From positions 1 to 32,000 of the forward strand of contig NC_000854.2 of assembly GCF_000011125.1 (NCBI RefSeq): a stretch of DNA of 32,000 bases, in the 5' to 3' direction. Shown piece by piece: positions 26,994 through 32,000 of this stretch. Source of the stretch: Aeropyrum pernix K1. GTDB lineage: Archaea > Thermoproteota > Thermoprotei_A > Sulfolobales > Acidilobaceae. Each line of letters opens with the position of its first letter. Position 1 is the stretch's first letter. Both the position numbers and the translations under genes were made by a program. The notes beneath the pieces were generated by a model that worked only from the letters and a program-made list of their open reading frames with translations, was not told the origin of the DNA and did no database searches.

Positions 26994-28115
26994 GTGTTGG
27001 ATAAGAAGCTTGTTCTAACCGTGCTGGCTGTTGTTGTGCTTCTCGGTATAGGGCTTGCCCTGGCATCTGGCTGGTTAGGCGGTGAACAGGGAGAGAGCAG
27101 CGGAGGGTCAGGCCCCGCCCAAGTAGTCCTCCAGGGTGAGGGATCAACATTCATATATCCACAGATCCAAGCATGGAGCGAGGAGATAAAGAAGACTTAC
27201 CCCTGGATAACCATTAATTACAACCCAACAGGCAGCGGTGCAGGCCAAAGCGCTTTCAAAGATGGCGTTGTAGACTTCGCCGGTAGCGACACTCCTCTGC
27301 CCAGAGAAGTCTGGTCCGCCATGCAGGGTAATGTCATACAGATTCCCGTAGTCATAGGAATGCTAGCAATAGTGTACAACATACCAGGACTGGAGGACCT
27401 CAAGCTAGACGCCAAGACTATAGCCTTGATATACAAGGGAGAGATAGAGTACTGGGACGATCCTAGGATAGCCTCGCTAAACCCGGGAGCCAGCCTGCCC
27501 CATGAGAAGATAGTTGCTGTCCATAGGAGCGACTCGAGCGGCACAACCCACGTATTCACCATATTCCTCCATAAGGGAGCCCCCGATGTTTGGACGGAGG
27601 ACCTCGTGGGTAAGTCTGTTGACTGGCCGGTTGACGCCACGGGCCGAGGTGTAGGAGGCAAGGGCAACCAGGGTGTTATGGAAGTCGTCAAGAATACTCC
27701 ATACAGTATTGGATATGTGGAGTATGCTTACGTGGTCAAAGCGGGAGAAGGGGTTAACGTGGCTTTAGTTGCCAACCGGGATGATGTCTTCCTGAAGCCT
27801 TCGCCCGAAGGAGCTCAGGCAGCCGCATCTGGCGCCGTCCAAAACCTGCCGGACTCTCCAGACGACGACTGGAGCACAGGCTACGACGCGATAATATATG
27901 CTCCTGGTAAGGACAGCTACCCAATAACCTCCTGGTCATTCCTCCTATTCTATAAGCAGTACAACGATAGGGATAAAGCGGAAGCCATAAAGAAGTTTAT
28001 CGAATGGATTAACACAGAAGGCCAAACTAAGATCATCGAGGGCTATATACCTATTCCCGACGAGATAAGGCAGATCAACATGAAAGCCGTGGAGATGATC
28101 TCGTACACGGGCTGA
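26994..28115 (+). CDS. pstS: Phosphate ABC transporter substrate-binding protein
   Basis: 'LQGEGSTFIYPQIQAWSEEIKKTYPWITINYNPTGSGAGQSAFKDGVVDFAGSDTPL', 'VHRSDSSGTTHVFTIFL'. Confidence 0.93.
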   Translation: MLDKKLVLTVLAVVVLLGIGLALASGWLGGEQGESSGGSGPAQVVLQGEGSTFIYPQIQAWSEEIKKTYPWITINYNPTGSGAGQSAFKDGVVDFAGSDTPLPREVWSAMQGNVIQIPVVIGMLAIVYNIPGLEDLKLDAKTIALIYKGEIEYWDDPRIASLNPGASLPHEKIVAVHRSDSSGTTHVFTIFLHKGAPDVWTEDLVGKSVDWPVDATGRGVGGKGNQGVMEVVKNTPYSIGYVEYAYVVKAGEGVNVALVANRDDVFLKPSPEGAQAAASGAVQNLPDSPDDDWSTGYDAIIYAPGKDSYPITSWSFLLFYKQYNDRDKAEAIKKFIEWINTEGQTKIIEGYIPIPDEIRQINMKAVEMISYTG

Positions 28116-28127
28116 TGGTGCCCGGCC

Positions 28128-29060
28128 TTGGCCAGCATCTTATACCGTGACCGACCCTTCTTTACAATACTCTTCACGGCCTCAGTCATATCCGCATCCA
28201 TACTTGTAATACTCTTCGTAGTTCTCTTATACTACTCCATACCAGCGTTCCAGAAATATGGGTTAAACCTCTTCCTCAACTCTGCTTGGAAATCTCTAGA
28301 AACCAGGCCAGGCGATTACGGCCTACTAGTGCCCATAGCGGGGACCCTTGTTTCCGCAATGCTAGCCGTCGTCCTAGGTCTGCCAGCCTCTCTCTCAGCC
28401 GTAATATTCGCGGAGGAGGTCATCCCGCCTACCATGTACAGGGTTAGGGAGGCGTTCAACACTATAGTGGATATGATGACCGGACTACCGACTATAGTTT
28501 ACGGGCTATGGGGAGTCACCTTCCTTGCCCCCGCCTTAAAGGGGACCCTTCTCGAGTGGCTGTACACTTACCTCTCCTTCATCCCCCTATTCTCATGTAA
28601 GCCACTGACGGGAACCACAATACTGACCGCTAGCCTCCTACTAGCCCTCATGATAGTCCCCTTCATATATTCGGTGGTCCGAGAGTCTTACAGGCAGATA
28701 CCAAGGACTTACAGGGAGGCTGCCCTATCACTGGGAACAACGAAATACGAGTACACTAGGCTAATGCTGGGGATGGTCAGGCCAGCTATCCTGGCCGGAG
28801 TATTGATTGGCTTCGGGAGGGCCGCTGGAGAGACTGTCGCTGTAGCTCTTGTGGTCGGCAACACTTTCAATATGCCCACATGTCTCCTAGCACCATCATA
28901 CACTGTCTCCTCTCTAATAGCTAACCAGTTTGCAAACGCCTCTCTCTACCCCTACATGACTAACGTTCTGGTCGCAGGCGGACTGTTCCTCTTAGCCCTG
29001 GGGATAGTCACGAATATCCTCGGACTATCCTACCTCAGGAAGGTGAGGTTCTATGTTTGA
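28128..29060 (+). CDS. pstC: Phosphate ABC transporter permease
   Basis: 'NTIVDMMTGLPTIVYGLWGV', 'EAALSLGTTKYEYTRLMLGMVRPAILAGVLIGFGRAAGETVAVALVVGN'. Confidence 0.92.
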   Translation: MASILYRDRPFFTILFTASVISASILVILFVVLLYYSIPAFQKYGLNLFLNSAWKSLETRPGDYGLLVPIAGTLVSAMLAVVLGLPASLSAVIFAEEVIPPTMYRVREAFNTIVDMMTGLPTIVYGLWGVTFLAPALKGTLLEWLYTYLSFIPLFSCKPLTGTTILTASLLLALMIVPFIYSVVRESYRQIPRTYREAALSLGTTKYEYTRLMLGMVRPAILAGVLIGFGRAAGETVAVALVVGNTFNMPTCLLAPSYTVSSLIANQFANASLYPYMTNVLVAGGLFLLALGIVTNILGLSYLRKVRFYV

Positions 29061-29907
29061 GGGTAGGCGTCTAAAGGAAAAGGCATTCATACTTTTAGTG
29101 ACATTAATAACACTCGTCACGGTAGCCCCACTCTTCCACATAATAGCTATGGTTACTCTCAAAGGCTCCTACGTTATAGTAAAGGCTGGTATAGAGTTCT
29201 TCACAGCAACGCCAGGCCCACCAGGCTCAGAGATCCTAGGCGGTGTTGGGCCTGCAATACTAGGGAGTCTATGGCTTGCTATCACGACAGCCATCATCGG
29301 TGTTCCCCTATCCGTCCTCACTGCCATATTCATAGTGGAGTATAGGGAAAACCCTCTAGCAAAAATAGCAAAGGTTTTCTCAGGATCTCTTCTGGAAATA
29401 CCCACAGTACTCATAGGAATGCTAGTCTTCCTAGTAGTTGTAACTCCCATGGGCCACTACAGCCTCCTCGCAGGTAGTATAGCGCTCGCAATAGTCATGC
29501 TACCCTACACCGTGTCTTATGTGGAGAGGGCCCTAGAGAACGTCCCCAAGACCTACAGGGAGGCGGGCTACTCCCTAGGGATGACAAGGGCCCAGGTGGT
29601 AGCTAAGGTGGTTGTTGGCATAGCCAGGAGGGGTATAGCTGCTGGAGTGCTCATCGGCCTCTCGAAAGTAGTTGCTGAGACAGCCCCACTACTCTTCACC
29701 ATAGGTAGTGCGAGGAGCAACTATCCACTATACCCCTCCGACCTCCTCCAGCCTGGCGACGCTCTGCCGCTCCTCATCTTCCAGTTCGCCCAAACACCCT
29801 ATGAGAACTGGCAGGAGCTTGCCTGGGGCTCTGCGTTTATACTTACAGCGATAGTCCTAGCGACCTTCTCCGCAATGAGACTAATAGTAAAGGAGGTGAA
29901 GCTCTAG
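29053..29907 (+). CDS. pstA: Phosphate ABC transporter permease
   Basis: 'EIPTVLIGMLVFLVVV', 'EAGYSLGMTRAQVVAKVVVGIARRGIAAGVLIGLSKVVAETAPLLFTIGS'. Confidence 0.92.
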   Translation: MFEGRRLKEKAFILLVTLITLVTVAPLFHIIAMVTLKGSYVIVKAGIEFFTATPGPPGSEILGGVGPAILGSLWLAITTAIIGVPLSVLTAIFIVEYRENPLAKIAKVFSGSLLEIPTVLIGMLVFLVVVTPMGHYSLLAGSIALAIVMLPYTVSYVERALENVPKTYREAGYSLGMTRAQVVAKVVVGIARRGIAAGVLIGLSKVVAETAPLLFTIGSARSNYPLYPSDLLQPGDALPLLIFQFAQTPYENWQELAWGSAFILTAIVLATFSAMRLIVKEVKL

Positions 29908-30668
29908 TGAAGCTCATGGATGTGAGAGTTTCCGGTCTAAATGTGTGGATAACGGATAAGCATATTCTGAAAGGCATAAGCTTCAAAGCCCAACCCGGGA
30001 CGGTGACAGCTATAATGGGGCCGTCAGGCAGCGGGAAGAGCACACTCATCAGAGTAATAAACAGGCTAATCGACCTTATCCCTGGCGCCAGGGTAGAGGG
30101 GGAAGTTTGGATAAACAACATGAACGTCATGAAAGAAGACCCATACAACATAAGGAGGTATACTGGGATGGTGTTTCAGGAGCCAAATCCCTTCCCCCAC
30201 ATGACTATATACGAGAACGTCGCCATAGGCCCAAAGCTCCATGGATTGGCTAAGAATAAAAAGGAGTTGGACGAGATAGTGGAATGGGCTCTCAAGATGG
30301 CACATCTGTGGGACGAGGTCAAGGACAGGCTAAGCGACTACCCTCATCAGCTGAGCGGTGGGCAGAGGCAGAGGCTAAGCCTAGCACGCGCTCTAGCACT
30401 CAAACCTAGGGTTCTTCTGCTTGACGAGCCTACCGCCAACATAGATCCGGTGTCTACCGTCAAGATAGAACAGTCTATAGTAGAATACGCAAAGGAGGAG
30501 ATGGCAACGGTGATCATAGTAACTCACACTCCGCAGCAGGCGGCAAGGATATCTGACCAGATACTATTCCTCTACGAAGGCAGGGTGATAGAGTACGGGC
30601 CCACTAAAGAGCTAGTGCTCAGGCCTAGACACGAGCTAACCAAGAAGTTCCTCGGAGGTGAGGTCTAG
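29907..30668 (+). CDS. pstB: Phosphate ABC transporter ATP-binding protein
   Basis: 'IMGPSGSGKSTLIRVINRLIDLIPGARVEGEVWINN', 'LSGGQRQRLSLARALALKPRVLLLDEPTANIDPVSTVKIE'. Confidence 0.94.
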   Translation: MKLMDVRVSGLNVWITDKHILKGISFKAQPGTVTAIMGPSGSGKSTLIRVINRLIDLIPGARVEGEVWINNMNVMKEDPYNIRRYTGMVFQEPNPFPHMTIYENVAIGPKLHGLAKNKKELDEIVEWALKMAHLWDEVKDRLSDYPHQLSGGQRQRLSLARALALKPRVLLLDEPTANIDPVSTVKIEQSIVEYAKEEMATVIIVTHTPQQAARISDQILFLYEGRVIEYGPTKELVLRPRHELTKKFLGGEV

Positions 30669-31273
30669 TGAGTGTAGAGCCGGCGAGAAGGGACCTCGAA
30701 GCTATATATTCGAACCTCGACAGAATGTACAACATTGTTGTGAAGATAGTTGCAGACACGCTGAGGAGCCTAGAGGAGTGGAGCATTAATGAGGCGCTCG
30801 AGGACCACCTATACCTGGCAGAGAACCTCTCGGCCGTCGTTGAGGAGCAGGCTACATTCTTCATAGCAAAGTATCAGCCTCTAGGCCCCGAACTCCTCGA
30901 GGCCAAGTCGCTGATAAGAACCTCCTATGATCTCTACAGGATAGCGAGGTACTGCAGAGAGATAAATCGAGTTATAGCCTATACGAGCAGAGGAGGCAGG
31001 ACCCTGAAACCCTCTCAGCAGGTGAGAAAGGCAGCGGAGATAGTGGCCTCCATGGTTGGAGATGCATACAAGGCCTACAGATCCAGGGACAATGAGCTAC
31101 GAAGGAAAGTTGAAGAGACAGACAACATGATAGACAAGATATACGATGCGATGCTCGAGAGGATAGGGAAAGTAGAATCGCTGAGTCAGACCGAAGCGGT
31201 AGACCTCCTCATAGTAAGGCATCTAGAGAGGATTGCAGACCACGCAGTCTATATTGCCAGGCAAGCCGAATAG
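30668..31273 (+). CDS. phoU: PhoU-like phosphate transport regulator
   Basis: Repeated helical PhoU pattern 'ALEDHLYLAENLSAVVEEQATFFIAKYQP' and 'DLLIVRHLERIADHAVYIARQAE'; TAG/GTG overlap with pstB. Confidence 0.88.
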   Translation: MSVEPARRDLEAIYSNLDRMYNIVVKIVADTLRSLEEWSINEALEDHLYLAENLSAVVEEQATFFIAKYQPLGPELLEAKSLIRTSYDLYRIARYCREINRVIAYTSRGGRTLKPSQQVRKAAEIVASMVGDAYKAYRSRDNELRRKVEETDNMIDKIYDAMLERIGKVESLSQTEAVDLLIVRHLERIADHAVYIARQAE

Positions 31274-31406
31274 TCATGAGAGAACCTGTGATAAGAGTCC
31301 CCGAAGAATCGAGATGAGAGCAAAGGCCTCTAATTTTATACTAGAGCGTACAAAGAACGTCAGAGGTCCTCAAACATAACCCCGAACGATAAGAGGCTTC
31401 CATCGC

Positions 31407-31934
31407 CTATTGTTCAACAACAGCCTTCTCACTATCGTATGCGGCATGGCAACCTTTCAGAATAGCGTTAACAGTAACCACTGGCAACGACTCCTCGCCC
31501 GCCGGAGTCAGCAGAACGAGCTCCTCCCCCGGCCTGTACACACCATCTACCACAACTGTGTCCTCAAACACCGGACTCCCCCCGTACCGGGCTGTAAAAG
31601 AATCCAGCTCGTATAGTGCTGCGACCTTGTAGCCCTTCTCCCCCTCCATAACGAAGAAGGCATAGCTACTGCCTGAACCGTCCGTTGGCATGAGTATTCC
31701 ATAAGCACCACGAGCTTCGAGCGTGTAGGTCTTACCCCCGTAGATTACCGTGGCCGTGCCATACCCCAGGTATGCGACTCCAGCCTGAACGGTGACTCTC
31801 GAGGCCCTAGTCACCGACTGAAGAGTGGACACATCGCTGTACTCTGAAGTATATATAGCATACGCCCCAATCGCTATGAAAACTAGCGCTAGAACAGCAG
31901 CGATAGCTATGGTCCTCAGCAAGGCCGAAGGCAC
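31407..31934 (-). CDS. Membrane-anchored hypothetical protein, possible divergent CcmE-like heme chaperone
   Basis: N-terminal TM, beta-rich domain, 'FEDTVVVDGVYRPGEELVLLTPAGEESLPVVTVNAILKGCHAAYDSEK' with a CxxxY motif as in Cys-type archaeal CcmE. Confidence 0.55.
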   Translation of the reverse strand: MPSALLRTIAIAAVLALVFIAIGAYAIYTSEYSDVSTLQSVTRASRVTVQAGVAYLGYGTATVIYGGKTYTLEARGAYGILMPTDGSGSSYAFFVMEGEKGYKVAALYELDSFTARYGGSPVFEDTVVVDGVYRPGEELVLLTPAGEESLPVVTVNAILKGCHAAYDSEKAVVEQ

Positions 31935-32000
31935 ACCTCCGGACCATTGTAAATGTTTTATCCAGTGTTTATCTTGGTTTCAACATATTTTGCTCCAAGG

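Noticed and set aside
1-32000. CRISPR arrays, IS elements, rRNA
   Set aside because: Scanned by eye: no regularly spaced 24-37 bp direct repeats, no transposase-like ORFs, no conserved rRNA segments.

Overview
The window looks like a hyperthermophilic crenarchaeon-type genome: compact genes, 1-4 nt start/stop overlaps, AT-rich TATA-like boxes and many GTG/TTG starts. From left to right it holds: (i) a CPBP-protease / PadR / multi-TM operon, a membrane-anchored PH-like protein and an unusual ~1.06 kb ORF-free stretch; (ii) a secreted or membrane-anchored propeller-like protein, a heavy-metal-associated protein, and an APC amino-acid permease that appears fused to a C-terminal minimal nucleotidyltransferase domain; (iii) FBP-aldolase-like, PfkB-like and IlvD genes; (iv) a HAD phosphatase / sphingosine-1-phosphate-lyase-like PLP enzyme / FGGY kinase operon; (v) a divergent cassette with a TrmB-type regulator facing a PEP-synthase/rifampicin-phosphotransferase-like protein coupled to a DHA2-like MFS exporter; (vi) a divergent ATP-type PEPCK homologue; (vii) a complete sugar-type ABC transporter whose binding protein has a canonical coiled-coil stalk; (viii) a complete pstSCAB-phoU operon; and (ix) a possible Cys-type (CxxxY) CcmE-like protein. 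The regulator and the RPH-like gene each need a -1 frame change at a homopolymer tetramer to give full-length products. A third small membrane-protein gene is also disrupted but keeps a GTGA overlap with its neighbour. No CRISPR array, rRNA, convincing tRNA or transposon was found. All family calls come from motif recognition by eye; no searches were run.
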